From Octopus sinensis (taxonomy: Eukaryota): a stretch of 64,000 nt of DNA. Each line of letters starts with the position of its first letter. Position 1 is the stretch's first letter. The translations under genes and the position numbers were made by a program. Shown here piece by piece: positions 1 to 14,106 of the stretch. The DNA lies in contig NC_043011.1 of the NCBI RefSeq assembly GCF_006345805.1, positions 51,038,464 to 51,102,463 on the forward strand, written 5' to 3'. Under the pieces are notes generated by a model. It saw only the letters and a list, made by a program, of their open reading frames with translations. It was not told where the DNA came from and ran no database searches.

Positions 1-2106
1 GATGTCTGTGAATGATGACAGTTGGAGATAGAAATGGCAAGCATGACTGATGTCTGTGAATGATGGCAGTTGGAGATAGAAATGGCAAGCATGACTGATG
101 TCTGTGAATGATGGCAGTTGGGGATAGAAATGGCAAGCATGAGTGATGTGTGTGAATGATGGCGGTTGGGGATAGAAATGGCAAGCATGAGTGATGTGTG
201 TGAATGATGGCAGTTGGGGATAGAAATGGCAAGCATGAGTGATGTTGTGAATGATGGCAGTTGGAGATAGAAATGGCAAGCATGACTGATGTCTGTGAAT
301 GATGGCAGTTGAGGATAGAAATGGCAAGCATGAGTGATGTGTGTGAATGATGGTAGTTGGGGATAGAAATGGCAAGCATGAGTGATGTGTGTGAATGATG
401 GCGGTTGGGGATAGAAATGGCAAGCATGAGTGATGTGTGTGAATGATGGCAGTTGGGGATAGAAATGGCAAGCATGAGTGATGTCTGTGAATGATGACAG
501 TTGGAGATAGAAATGGCAAGCATGACTGATGTCTGTGAATGATGGCAGTTGGAGATAGAAATGGCAAGCATGACTGATGTCTGTGAATGATGGCAGTTGA
601 GGATAGAAATGGCAAGCATGAGTGATGTGTGTGAATGATGGCGGTTGGGGATAGAAATGGCAAGCATGAGTGATGTGTGTGAATGATGGCAGTTGGGGAT
701 AGAAATGGCAAGCATGATGATGTGTGTGAATGATGGCAGTGGGGATAGAAATGGCAAGCATGAGTGATGTGTGTGAATGATGGCAGTTGGAAATAGAAAT
801 GGCAAGCATGAGTGATGTGTGTGAATGATGGCAGTTGGGGATAGAAACGGCAAGCATGAGTGATGTGTGTGAATGATGGCAGTTGGGGATAGACATGGCA
901 AGCATGAGTGATGTGTGTGAATGATGGCAGTTGGGGATAGAAATGGCAAGCATGAGTGATGTGTGTGAATGATGGCAGTTGAGGATAGAAATGGCAAGCA
1001 TGAGTGATGTGTGTGAATGATGGCAGTTGGGGATAGAAATGGCAAGCATGAGTGATGTCTGTGAATGATGACAGTTGGAGATAGAAATGGCAAGCATGAC
1101 TGATGTCTGTGAATGATGGCAGTTGGAGATAGAAATGGCAAGCATGACTGATGTCTGTGAATGATGGCAGTTGAGGATAGAAATGGCAAGCATGAGTGAT
1201 GTGTGTGAATGATGGCGGTTGGGGATAGAAATGGCAAGCATGAGTGATGTGTGTGAATGATGGCAGTTGGGGATAGAAATGGCAAGCATGAGTGATGTGT
1301 GTGAATGATGGCAGTTGGGGATAGAAATGGCAAGCATGAGTGATGTCTGTGAATGATGACAGTTGGAGATAGAAATGGCAAGCATGACTGATGTCTGTGA
1401 ATGATGGCAGTTGGAGATAGAAATGGCAAGCATGACTGATGTCTGTGAATGATGGCAGTTGAGGATAGAAATGGCAAGCATGAGTGATGTGTGTGAATGA
1501 TGGCGGTTGGGGATAGAAATGGCAAGCATGAGTGATGTGTGTGAATGATGGCAGTTGGGGATAGAAATGGCAAGCATGAGTGATGTGTGTGAATGATGGC
1601 AGTTGGGGATAGAAATGGCAAGCATGAGTGATGTGTGTGAATGATGGCAGTTGGAAATAGAAATGGCAAGCATGAGTGATGTGTGTGAATGATGGCAGTT
1701 GGGGATAGAAACGGCAAGCATGAGTGATGTGTGTGAATGATGGCAGTTGGGGATAGACATGGCAAGCATGAGTGATGTGTGTGAATGATGGCAGTTGGGG
1801 ATAGAAATGGCAAGCATGAGTGATGTCTGTGAATGATGGCAGTTGAGGATAGAAATGGCAAGCATGAGTGATGTGTGTGAATGATGGTAGTTGGAGATAG
1901 AAATGGCAAGCATGACTGATGTCTGTGAATGATGGCAGTTGGGGATAGAAATGGCAAGCATGAGTGATGTGTGTGAATGATGGTAGTTGGGGATAGAAAT
2001 GGCAAGCATGAGTGATGTGTGTGAATGATGGCAGTTGGGGATAGAAATGGCAAGCATGAGTGATGTGTGTGAATGATGGCAGTTGGGGATAGAAATGGCA
2101 AGCATT
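1..2106. repeat. 48-bp minisatellite, about 44 units, running off the left edge
   Basis: Unit gatgtgtgtgaatgatggcagttggggatagaaatggcaagcatgagt with recurring variants and a few 47-bp units. Confidence 0.97.
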
Positions 2107-4287
2107 AGAGATAGTTGCTGCATGCAAGAGACAAGACCATGTCGGCATGGACAGGTGGTGGTAATGGTGATGTTAGTGGTAGTTGGCCTCTCCCTTGTTC
2201 AGTGAAAAGGAATCATCTGTTTGAACAACAGAATAACCTGTTCCATCCAGGGCTGCAATAGAAGACACTTGTTCAAGGTGCTATGCAGTGGGATTGAACT
2301 TGAAATCACGAAGTTAGGAAGCAAACTCCTTAACCACACAGCCCCCACCGGTACCTACACACACACATTCTAGCTTCAGCCAGTGGGAAAAAATTAAAAT
2401 ATATTTAACGACATAGAAACAGATAACTAAATTAAGCCTTTAGTATTCACATTATTTTCTCAAAAGTAATGCTTTTTTTTAAAAATTCACATTGTTTTGA
2501 ATTAATCATGCATTATTTTGCAGGTTTGAGATTTTGATGAGGTAATTGTTAATTTTTGGAATGGTGTTGTAGGGTCGGTGTGAGAGGCCAGGTCTGACGA
2601 GTTTGAACATAAAACAGGCAGAATATTTTGGCCAGATATGGCCGGCTAAAGGGTTAAATCTATATTTGCTGAGGACTGAACTAGTAACTGAATGATGAAT
2701 AGAAAGAAAAAGGACAAAAAAGGAAAAGAAACCCCCAGAACCGACACATACAAACCTAGCTTTGAATAAATAATGTTATTCCACTCTATTTAACACCATA
2801 GACTACTTTTGCTGTTTATATGTAATTCACACCAGAGTGAACATAACCATATAGGTGTATTGAAGGGTTTTAATCATTTTAGGGCATGGCTGTGTGGTTG
2901 GGGAGCTTGCTTCTTAGCTACATGGTTTCGGGTTCAGTCCCACTGCATGGCACTTTGGGTAGGTGTCTTCCGCTATAGCCCCGAGCCGACCGGAGCTTTG
3001 TGATTGAATTCGGTAGGTGGAAGTTACTGCCGTGTGTGTATGTGTGCGTTTAGCTGCTCAGTGCCTCTCCGAAAGAGAGAGAGGGAAATCAAGAACAGGA
3101 CTTACTGTTCAGCCTAGAACTTATTCTATCAGTTTATTTTGCTGAACTGCTAAGTTATGGGGATATAAACACACCAACACCGGTTGTAAAATGGTTATGG
3201 GGAACAAACACAGACACAAAGTTACACACACACACACACATATATATATGACGGGCTTCTTTCAGTTTCCATTAACCAATTCTATTCAGAAGGCTTTTGG
3301 TTGGCCCAAAGCAATAGTAGAAGGCACTTGCCCAAGTTGCTACGCAATGGGACTGAACCCAGAACCATGTGGTTGGGAAGCAAGCTTCATGAAACACACA
3401 TTGTCATCATTTTAAGATCCACTTTGCAATGCTTGCATTGGTCAGATGACAGTACATTGAGGCCACATACGTTTTTTTTTTGCAGTTTGATGACCCTTGC
3501 TTTCATCAACCATAACTTGGAAACAAGTGACGTAATAGTTTTCCAGTCCACTGACCAAACAGCCCAGACTCGTATTATGCAGAGGACTGGAAACAAACAA
3601 CACAGGCTGACTGAGCTTGTTGTTTATGAAGATCACACATGTCAAGACTTGCTCTTTATGGTGGACTGCAAGGAAATGACACTGTCAAGAAGCCACTATT
3701 ACACACACACACAATGATGATCATATCATCATTATCATCATCATCGTTTAGCGTCCGTTTTCCATGCTAGCATGGGTTGGACGGTTCTATTGGGGTCTGT
3801 GAAGCCAGAAGGCTTCATCAGGCCCAGTCAAATCTGGCAGTGTTTCTACGGCTTGATGCCCTTCCTAACGCCAACCACTCTGTGAGTGTAGTGGGTGCTT
3901 TTTACGTGCCACCCGCACAGGTGCCAGACAGAGCTGGCAAACGGCCACGAACGGACAGTGCTTTTTATGTGCCACCAGCACGGGGGCCAGGCGAGGCTGG
4001 CAACGGACACGAACGGATGGTGCTTTTTACATGCCACCGGCACGAGGCCAGTCGGGGCGGCGCTGGCAACGGTCGCGGAACGGAAGGTTCTCTTACATGC
4101 CACCGGCACTGGTAACACATCTGCAATTTCCATTGATCGATTTCGATTCTGATCCTAACTTGCCTCAACAGGTCTTCACAAGTAGAGTTTTGTCCCAAGA
4201 AGGAAAGGTATGCATACGTAGGCTGGCTCCATCCCATGTAGAAGGCCATATATGTATATATATGTTTATATATCTATCATACATACA

Positions 4288-4435
4288 TATCTGTAAAAGT
4301 AATGTGACAATTATTTGGTAGCCATGATAAAACTCCGAGGTGGAAATCCACGCCACCATCTCTCCACCTCAGCATCTGAAACTCGGAGTTTTATCATGGC
4401 TATTGAATAATCGTCACATATTACTTTTACAGATA
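4288..4435. mobile_element. MITE-like inverted repeat
   Basis: About 52-bp arms (tatctgtaaaagtaat...agccatgataaaactccgag) around a 42-nt spacer. Confidence 0.7.
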
Positions 4436-4524
4436 AATTCCTCTATTTACATAATATCGAGGTCTCTTTCATTCTTTTGTTGTCTTACCATTTTTACCAA
4501 TATCATACATACATATCTCTTTTA

Positions 4525-4904
4525 CTCTTTTACTTGTTTCAGTCATTTGACTGAGGCCATGCCGGAGCACCGCCTTTAGTCGAGCAAATCAACCCCGGGA
4601 CTTATTCTTTGTAAGCCCAGTACTGATTCGATCAGTCTCTTTTGCCGAACCGCTAAGTGACAGGGGACGTAAACGCACCAGCATCGGTTGTCAAGCAATG
4701 CTAGGGGGACAAACACAGACACACACATATATATATATATATACGACAGGCTTCTTTCAGTTTTCATCTACCAAATCCACTCACAAGGCATTGGTCGGCC
4801 CGGGGCTATAGCAGAAGACACTTGACCAAGATGCCACGCAGTGGGACTGAACCCGGAACCATGTGCTTGGTTAGCAAGCTACTTACTACACAGCCACTCC
4901 TGCG
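4525..4904 (-). mobile_element. SINE family A (dominant family), full length
   Basis: Head ggagtggctgtgtggtaagtagcttgc, B-box-like ggttcagtccc, internal (TA)/(TG) tract, tail gaaacaagtaaaagag. Confidence 0.92.
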
Positions 4905-5620
4905 CCTATATATGCATATATATATATATATAGTTTATCTATCAAGCTATCCATCCACCACCACCATATAAAGCATATATATGCACATACACATACACAC
5001 AATGGGCTTCTTTTGGCTTCAATCTTCCAAATCATCTCACAAGCCTTTGATTGGCCTGAGGCAATAGTACAAGACACTTGCCCAGGGGAAATGCAGTGGG
5101 ATTGAACCTGAAATCATGCATTTCAGAAGGAAACTTCTTAACCACACAGCTATACCTGCATATCCAAACCACACAGCTATACCTGCACATCCACACTGTT
5201 ATCCACCCTTATGTATCTCTATATCTCGCCCCCCGCCCCACTTTTACTTATCATCTACTGCTTGATCTATCATCTCTGAGCCATTTTCAGCTTTCCCTCT
5301 CTCTCTCTTCATGCTGTCTACGCCCAATTCTGATACATCCTATCAATATTTTCCCATGACCAGACATATTTTTAAGGCAGACTGGAAATAAAGATGACAT
5401 CTTTTATGATACTGACTCTTGTTTGCAGCGAACATGCTATGTCAAGTAAGGTGACAGTAACAAGTGGTAGTCTTCTATAGTTAAAAAAAACCCTGCACCT
5501 GGTAGACGAAATTTTGAGGCATAGACACTGATAATCAAACTGTCTACAACAGATGATAAAAGCTATGAATACACAAAACGTATAGGAACGCTCATATATA
5601 TATATATATATATATATATA

Positions 5621-5996
5621 CTCTTTTACTTGTTTCAGTCATTTGACTGCGGCCATGCTGGAGCACCGCCTTTAGTCGAGCAAATCGACCCCGAGACTTA
5701 TTCTTTGTAAGCCCAGTGCTTATTCTATCGGTCTCTTTTGCCGAACCGCTAAGTCACGGGGACGTAAACACACCAGCATCGGTTGTCAAGCAATGCTAGG
5801 GGGACAAACTCAGACACACATATATATATATATACATATATACGACAGGCTTCTTTCAGTTTCCGTCTACCAAATTCACTCACAAGGCATTGGTCGGCCC
5901 GGGGCTATAGCAGAAGACACTTGCCCAAGATGCCACGCAGTGGGACTGAACTCGGAACCATGAGGTTGGTTAGCAAGCTACTTACCACACAGCCGC
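5621..5996 (-). mobile_element. SINE family A
   Basis: Near-identical to 4525-4904. Confidence 0.92.
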
Positions 5997-6420
5997 ATAT
6001 ATATACGTACACACACACTCTCATATTTATGCACGTAGACAACTAACACACAACGTCGAAACCACGTGTCCAGGGGGTGAATCCATCCGCCTACGGGATC
6101 GGCTGCAAACCCCTCGATGCACGGTTCATAACCTCAGCAGAACGTCAAATGCTTGTTTCCATTACGTTCAAAGGGCAGTAACTCTGTTATAAGTTAAGAA
6201 GCCAGTTACCCAGACGAGGATCTAACTGTCGAAAATCTGCTTTACAAAATTCCATTTGACCAATATAAGCAAGGAAAAGTGGATGTTAAAACTGCGATTA
6301 TACATGATCATCTTCCTAACCTATTAGCCGACTTACTGCCATGACCATATATTGAAATATTTCAATCAACAACTGGTTCATGTTTTGAAATGCTTTAACT
6401 GTGGAATGGACACATTTACT

Positions 6421-6811
6421 CTTTACTCTTTTACTTGTTTCAGTCATTTGACTGCGGCCATGCTGGAGCACCGCCTTTAATCGAGCAACTCGACCCCGGG
6501 ACTTATTCTTTTGTAAGCCCAGTACTTATTCTATCGGTCTCTTTTGCCGAACCGCTAAGTAACGGGGACATAAACACACCAGCATCGGTTGTCAAGCAAT
6601 GCTAGGGAGACAAACACAGACACACAAACACATATATATATATATATACATATACAACGGGCTTCTTTCAGTTTCCGTCTACCAAATCCACTCACAAGGC
6701 TTTGGTCGGCCCGAGGCTATAGAAGACACTTGCCCAAGGTGCCACGCAGTGGGACTGAACCTGGAACCATGTGGTTGGTAAACAAGCTACTTACCACACA
6801 GCCACTCCTGC
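6421..6811 (-). mobile_element. SINE family A
   Basis: Full length with (aaaagagt)n tail. Confidence 0.92.
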
Positions 6812-7399
6812 ATTTCCTAATATTTATTATAGAGACCTGAAATGTATGTATTAAATGATTTCAAAATGGTGGAATTCTGGTTTAAGTAACCCACATAACC
6901 TCTTGTAACTTCTTTCTTGTTTGGAGTTTTCAGAAAACTTTTGTGAACTTGTGTTTTATACACAAGAATTCATCTGATTATTCTTTTATTCTTTTACCTG
7001 TTTTGACTGTGCCCATGCTGGAGTATCACCCCAAAGGGTTTTATTTGAAGAAATCGCCCCCAGGACTTATTCTTTGTAAGCCTAGAATCTATTCTATCGG
7101 CCTCTTTTACTGAACCCCTAAGTTACAGGGATGTAAACACACCAACACCAGTTGTCAAGTGATGGTGGGAGGACAAACACAGACACAAAGACACACAAAT
7201 ATATAAATACATATATATATATGTATGTATGTGTATATATATATATATTTTGTTCTTGTTGGCATCGGTTTTGTCTCGGGAAACAATGGGGTTGCACATA
7301 AAATAATCTAGTCCAGTTTTTGCATTTGTCTTTCCATTTCTCCTCTCTCTCTCTGTCACTCCTTTAAGTTCCCTCTTTTACGGTACGTCGCCAATCTCC

Positions 7400-8145
7400 A
7401 CGGTTGCTGGCAACTGCTACCCAGTTGCTAATATTAATGTCGCAGGCCTCCATGTTCCTTTTGCAAACATCCTAGTATCATAAGAATGGTCTTCCCACAG
7501 ACCTAGTGCCCCTAGCAAGCTCTCCGTAGAGTATGTCCTTGGGGATTCTGCCATCTTCAATATGGCTAACATGTCCAAGCCATCTCATATGTCTTTGTGT
7601 GAAGAATGCAAACATGCTTGGTATTCCTGCTTGCCTGAGGACATCTTTGTTGGGGACATGATTCTGCCATTTGATGCGGAGGATTTTTCGGAGGCAACAC
7701 AGGTGTAAGATATTTAGGCGACGCTCTTGGCGTGTGTATGGCGTCCAGGTCTCACTTCCATACAGTAGAGTGCTAAGTACACATGCTTGGTAGATCTTCA
7801 TTTTCGTGGTCTTGGTCAGCTTATTGTTGTCCCAAGCCCGTTTGGAGAGTTGGGCCATCGCAGCAGCTGCCTTGCCAATGCGTATATTGAGCTCAGCGTC
7901 AAGGGATAGGTTGTATGTGACGGTAGAGCCCAGATAGGTAAACTTCTCCACCTCTTGTAATCTGTGGTCTCCAATATGTATGTTTGGGATGTCCGATGTA
8001 GCCTGGCCCATGATGTTGGTCTTCTTAAGGCTGATAGCTAAGCCAAAGTCGTTACATGCTTGCTCAAAACAGTTAATGAGCCTTTGGAGGGCTTCTTCTG
8101 TGTGTGTTACACACACAGAAGAAGCCCTCCAAAGGCTCACTGCCT
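7400..8145 (-). mobile_element. RTE (BovB-like) LINE, RT/C-terminal fragment
   Basis: ORF 7478-8140: FGLAISLKKT...EKFTYLGS...RIGKAAAA...LSTLLYGSETW...LRKILRIKWQ...RWLGHV...DILYGEL, typical RTE-clade motifs. Confidence 0.92.
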
Positions 8146-8288
8146 ATTCATAATGATGGCTTTAATAAGCCACATACCCTGTAAAACTTCGAAGTTGCTT
8201 AGCTGTACAATCAAGAAGTTAGCTTCCCATCATGTGAACTTGGATTTATAGTCCCACTGTGCAGTGTTTTGAGCAAATGTTTTCACTC

Positions 8289-8799
8289 CAGAATTCTGGT
8301 TTTAAGCACCCCATCTAACCCTGTAATACTTTTTAGAAAATTTTCCCCGATTTGTGTTCAACACGCAAGAATTCACACGATTATGAAAAAAGTAAAAAAA
8401 TAAATTCTTTTGTGTGATTTAAGGGCGATTTAGCTGCTATTTTTAGCATGTCTCAGGACCACCTGGTACCTTCCTCGTTTCTTTGTCACTCTGACATATA
8501 TTGGTGTTTTTCAATATTCTTCTCCCAGAAAACACATTTAGTGGAATGATGATGCACCCAAGGGTGGTCCATTGCTGGCATTTAAGCAAAAAATTCAGAC
8601 TATCTGTATTTTCAGTTCTGATTTTTAAAAAAGTTCAAAAAAAGGGTGGACTTTTTTTTTTTCTTTTTTTTTTTTTTTTTGTTATAATCGTATGAATTCT
8701 CGGGTGTAGAACACAAATTTGCAAAAATTTTCTGAAAATTCCAAAAAATAAAAACGTTTTAAGGGGTTGATTATATGGGGTGCTTAGACCAGAATTCTG
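8289..8799. mobile_element. Non-autonomous TIR element
   Basis: TIRs cagaattctggt(tt/c)taagcacccc; no TSD found. A fragment of the same family lies at about 6872-6985. Confidence 0.6.
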
Positions 8800-9509
8800 C
8801 CATGTTTTCAACTATAGCCCTGAGTCAACCAAAATCTCATAAGTTGATTTGATAGGCAAAAACTGAATGGAGGCCATCATGTATATATTTGTGTGGTATT
8901 CTTCATTTATCTCACCACTGCTTGACAACTGGTGTTGGTTTGTTTATGTCACCATAACATTGTGATTCGGCAGAAGAAAGTGAGAGGATAAGATCATACT
9001 TAAAAAAAAAAAGAACTGGAGTTGATTTGTTGTCCTGAAGCCTTCAAGATGGTGCTCCAGCATGGCCACATTTCAATGACTGAAATTGGTAAAGATGTTT
9101 GTTGGTGTGTGTGTGTGTGCGTGTAGGATAGTATGTCATTCAAATGACATACTTGAATAGATTACAAACAAACACATACACACAACTTTGGAGTTGTCCC
9201 CCAGTCTCTTCCTCCCGTACATCAATAACCTACATGCCAGGATTTAAGCAAAATATTCAGACTGTCCATATTTTAAAATAAATTCAAGAAAGAGTGGAGC
9301 TTTTAGGATTTAAAGTCGGTTGCAGGTTAAAAAATACAAATATTTTTATTTTTATAGGCGCAGGTGTGACTGGTAAGAAGCTTGCTTCCCAACCACATGG
9401 TTCCAGGTTCAATCCTACTGCATAGCACCTTAGGCAAAGCCTTGTAAGTGGATTTGGTAGACAGAAACAGATAGAAACCCATTGTGTATATATATACACT
9501 ACACACACA

Positions 9510-9730
9510 TAGCGACTTTGGCTTAGTTATCAGCCTCAGGAAGACCAACATCATGGATCAGGCTACATCGGACATCCCAAACATACATATTGGAGACCAC
9601 AGACTACATGAGGTGGAGAAGTTTACCTATCTTATAGTTCATGTATCAGGACATGAAATATAAAAGCCGGACTAGACTACTTTATGCGCAACTCCATTGT
9701 CTCCTGAGACAGAAAGGATGCCAACAACAA
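9510..9730 (+). mobile_element. Short, internally deleted copy of the same RTE LINE in inverted orientation
   Basis: 9510-9633 matches the reverse complement of about 7935-8050; 9662-9730 matches the reverse complement of about 7250-7320. Confidence 0.75.
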
Positions 9731-9973
9731 TAATGAATAGGCAGTATAGCTAGCCGAATTTCTGTGTCACTATCAAAAAAATTATAATAAACATTAAGGT
9801 AAAGGTAAAGACCACCTTCGATCATGAATCACCATGGGATTGCACCTAGAAAGTTACCCTCCGAGGTACAATTGCAGACAAGGTTGTTTTATGGAAGATC
9901 AGCAGTCGCCCACGGTTGTGAGTCTGACGCTCTAACTACTGAGCTATGCGCCTTCATTAAAACATTATCTCTC

Positions 9974-10362
9974 TCTATATATTAAACTGAAGTTGTCTGT
10001 GTATGGCAGGTTTGGTAGCCTTCAACTAACACTATCTCCTCTGAGACCCTGCGGCGCAAGTTGACCAAAATTGAGAGTATGATAGAAGAAGGCTTGCTCT
10101 TTCTTCTGTAGAAGAAAAAATTCAAATTGGACCATGTTAACACCAAAAAATTTTTACATCAAAAAGGTGCTTTTTTTTCTATGAAAATCCCTACTTTTTA
10201 CAATTTTTTGACTGCTGTGTCGCCATTTTTCGGTGTATTTCAACCAGAAAAATGTTCACTTAAAGAGAATAACAAGCTACACAATGCAAAATTTTTACTT
10301 TTCAAAAATTCCAATTCTAAAGGGTCGAAACAAACCCGAGCAACGCCCGGCGATACTGCGAG
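9974..10362 (+). mobile_element. Non-autonomous Helitron variant
   Basis: tctatatattaaactgaagttgtc start; ends cccgagcaacgcccggcgatactg-CGAG|t, a CTAG variant. Confidence 0.75.
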
Positions 10363-12312
10363 TAAATATAAACAGAAGAAATAAAAGAGGTATTAAAACG
10401 AAAAAGTGAGATAGTAGTTCAAGGGAGACAACAACGTACTATCTTTAGAAATGTTTTTCATAAAGCTACCAGAGTTACTTCCCTTGGATCCATAACCCTA
10501 TATTGATTTCGAAACATTAATTTGAGCGCGAATGGCTGCGCGGGTCAACGTCCTAACTAGGATATTGATAATTTTCTGATGTCAGCAGTAGAGCAATTTC
10601 TCTACAATCAAGATACTAAACCTTGAAATGCTCCAGTCTACCTAGCTGTGAATAGGTGTAGGTTGTTTAATGTGTTCTTTTTTTAAGACGGTTAAGTAGT
10701 GAAAATGCAAACGATGCGCCGCGAAAATATCCGTTTGTAACAAAGGCACAAGACCAGAGATTTGGCGGGAGGGATTAATGCATTAAATATAGCCAAGTAG
10801 CTGGAGTGACAGCGGCAACACCTCCGCCCGTCCCCACGCAAAAAAAAAAACACTCTTAAAAAAATTTTTTTTTTTTTTTTCGATATAAACCCCACTTTTC
10901 GGCTACGGGGAATACGAATCTGCCAAAAATTTGACAAAAGTCGACATTTCTAAATTACCACCCCACCCCTATTTCCTTCGTTTTAAACTTTTTTTCATAA
11001 TTTATTTCAAGATATGCGGGAAAATACGGAGATTATGATTCTGAATAAAATTTCCAAAAATCTTTGTAAAATTTTTTTTAAGAATTATTTTTTTTTTTCT
11101 AAAAATGCGGAAAAATACGGACATTATGATTCGGATAAAAATTTCAAACCATTTATGTACTTGTGGTTACGGTTTTAGGGTTAGAGTTAGGGTTTTGGGG
11201 AAAAAAAAAGTCAAAATTGAAGACGGCGGGGGGAGGGGGTAGAAATTTCACAATGCCGATTTTTAGCAATTTTCCGGAACTTCCGTATCCGAAAACGGGG
11301 ATTTTTTGAAAAAAAAAAAAATAAATAAATAAAATCTGGGAGAAAATGGGGGCGGGGGGGACGGGCAGAAGTCTTTCCGTGACAACCTACTTTATCGTCA
11401 CTGAAAGATTGAACAGCAAGGTTACACACGGCAGGATCTGAACTCAGAATGTTAACGAACCTCAATCATCATCATCATCATCATCGTTTAGCGTCCGTTT
11501 TCCATGCTAGCATGGGTTGGACGGTTCTACTGGGGTCTGTGAAGCCAGAAGGCTTCATCAGGCCCAGTCAAATCTGGCAGTGTTTCTACGGCTGGATGCC
11601 CTTCCTAACGCCAACCACTCCGAGAGTACTAAGCACTTTCTTCATTTCACCCACAAACATTAAATGGAAAGAGAGAGAGAGAGAGAGAGAATGAGTTGCA
11701 CTGAAGATGGATCTATATCTATTTCAAACACTTCCAAATAGAGAAACGATCACAACCAGCATCATGACCATTTCCACATATATGTTCCCCTGCTGGTGCA
11801 GGATGTGTATATGTGTGCATGTGTGCCCAGAAACACACACTTAAGTGCGCTCTTTTTGCCATCTTAAGCTGAGCATCAACCTAATGCATTCACTGTGTAT
11901 GTGCTTTTGACTTCTGTTATTTTTATTTTCGATTTACCTATATCTGCTATTATATAAAATCCGTTCTGTCTGTCTCTTTACTCTTTCACTTGTTTCAGTC
12001 ATTTGACTGCGGCCATGCTGGAGCACCGCCTTTAGTCGACCAAATCGACCCCGGGATTTATTCTTTGTAAGCCCAGTACTTATTCTATCGGTCTCTTTTG
12101 CCGAACCGCTAAGTGACGGGGACGCAAACACACCAGCATCGGTTGTCAAGCAATGCTAAGGGGACAAACACATACATAAATACGACAAGCTTCTTTCAGT
12201 TTCTGTCTACCAAATCCACTCACAAGGCATCGGTCGGCCCGGGGCTATAGCAGGAGACACTTGCCCAAGATGCCACGCAGTGGGACTGAACCCGGAACCA
12301 TGTGGTTGGTTG

Positions 12313-12669
12313 TATGTGTGTCTTCTAGGATCTCGGGCATCCTCCATCCGATTGCGCTCAAATTTGATATGTAGATACCGACGGTATCAGGGCGTGTATA
12401 AGTCTTGAAAAAATTACAAAAATCGATTCCAGGTGAGAATGCGATCGATAAATCCGTGGGAACGTGCATTTGTACGCGCAAGTACATCAGCTGTTGTGAT
12501 CGAATACTATGCATGTGCGAGAAAAATGCACGTACAGTTTGCGCAAAAAAAGCCGGCTGGCTTAAAATAATGCCACAAAATGGGATGGTCAGACAAGTTG
12601 TTTTGAGAAAATTTGGTTTAAATGTTTGACAACTCAGCACCGTCCATGGGACGGGGGGCGTTTTGCTCG
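12313..12669 (+). mobile_element. CpG-rich Helitron-like element truncating a SINE
   Basis: 3' hairpin ccgtcc-atg-ggacgg followed by ...gctcg|t and (AT)n; interrupts the SINE at 12312. Confidence 0.5.
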
Positions 12670-13467
12670 TATATATATATATATATTTCAAAAGTCACAA
12701 ACGTATGGATGTGCTCACAAAACAATGCCACCTGATGTGTGTGGGACGCTTTTATCCCTAGATGAGGGCTACGTAGAGCAGGTTCTTGTAGAGGAACTAC
12801 ATAGCTACTCCCATTTAGGGGAGGGAGTAAAAGTGAATCAGTTGTATCTTTGAAGAGATAAATAGCAATGATGGTGGTACCTCATGAATAGAAATGAATG
12901 GGAACAGAGAAGCTAGGAGTGAATGTAGGGAGTGGGTGGGTTTGCAAGAATTTATGTGGGATGGATAAAAGAAATAGCAGAAAATAGAGGCGGGGAGGTA
13001 ACATCTGTAAAGAGTGGGTAGAATTGAAAGGTGGCTGGGTGAGATGGATAGGGGTGAGTGGGTGATGGCCAGTAGTCCATGAGTTGGGGACCACTGGTCA
13101 TCAACAATTGGAAGTGGATAAACCACTTATCTGCTGCTACTCAAAATTTGTACCTTTTACAACTTTCATATCCTTCCTTGCACCAACAGATTATATAGAA
13201 ACTCCATTGACGACATATTTTTAAAAAATGTCTTTAGCCTTATGTAAGCCCCAAACTTTGTTTTAACATTTCATCATTTGACAGGATCTGATGGGTTGAA
13301 GGACTTTGTTGTGCCCCAGTACTTGCTTTGGCAGGGTTTCAAAGGCTGGATGTCCTTGCTAACTATCTCTTTGAAGAGTGTATTGGGCACTGAGTAACTG
13401 AAGAAGATTTTAGTCATGTGAACAACATGATCCTACACACGACGTCATCATGTTGTTCACAAGACTG

Positions 13468-14106
13468 AAGTCCTCGTCACCTGAGAGGGAAGTTTACTTT
13501 CCTTTGAAGCAATGACCTCTAATCACTGAAAATTGCAGAAGTCCTCTTTAACTGAGAGGGGAGTCTACTTTCTTTTGAAGCAATGACCCCTAATCACTGA
13601 AAATTGCAGAAGTCCTCTTCAACTGAGAGGGGAGTCTACTTTCTTTTGAAGCAATGACCCCTAATCACTGAAAATTGCAGAAGTCCTCTTCAACTGAGAG
13701 GGGAGTCTACTTTCTTTTGAAGCAATGACCCCTAATCACTGAAAATTGCAGAAGTCCTCTTCAACTGAGAGGGGAGTCTACTTTCTTTTGAAGCAATGAC
13801 CCCTAATCACTGAAAATTGCAGAAGTCCTCTTCAACTGAGAGGGGAGTCTACTTTCTTTTGAAGCAATGACCCCTAATCACTGAAAATTGCAGAAGTCCT
13901 CTTCAACTGAGAGGAGAGTTTACTTTCCTTTGAAGCAATGACCCCTAATCACTGAAAATTGCAGAAGTCCTCTTCAACTGAGAGGGGAACCTACTTTCTT
14001 TTGAAGCAATGACCCCTAATCACTGAAAATTGCAGAAGTCCTCTTCAACTGAGAGGGGAGCCTACTTTCTTTTGAAGCAATGACCCCTAATCACTGAAAA
14101 TTGCAG
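13468..14106. repeat. 71-bp minisatellite, about 9 units
   Basis: Unit gaagtcctcttcaactgagaggggagtctactttcttttgaagcaatgacccctaatcactgaaaattgca, recurring at 13538, 13609 and onward. Confidence 0.95.

Noticed and set aside
1-2106. Minus strand is stop-free in all three frames, giving e.g. (MLAISIPNCHHSHTSL)n for more than 600 codons
   Set aside because: The unit simply lacks TTA, CTA and TCA. Variants show no synonymous bias in any frame and 47-bp units shift the frame.
3301-3717. 138-aa ORF with an apparent acceptor at 3485
   Set aside because: It starts inside a SINE, has no donor and shows no recognisable homology.
1-14106. Tandem arrays as CRISPR-like loci
   Set aside because: There are no unique spacers, and the context is eukaryotic.
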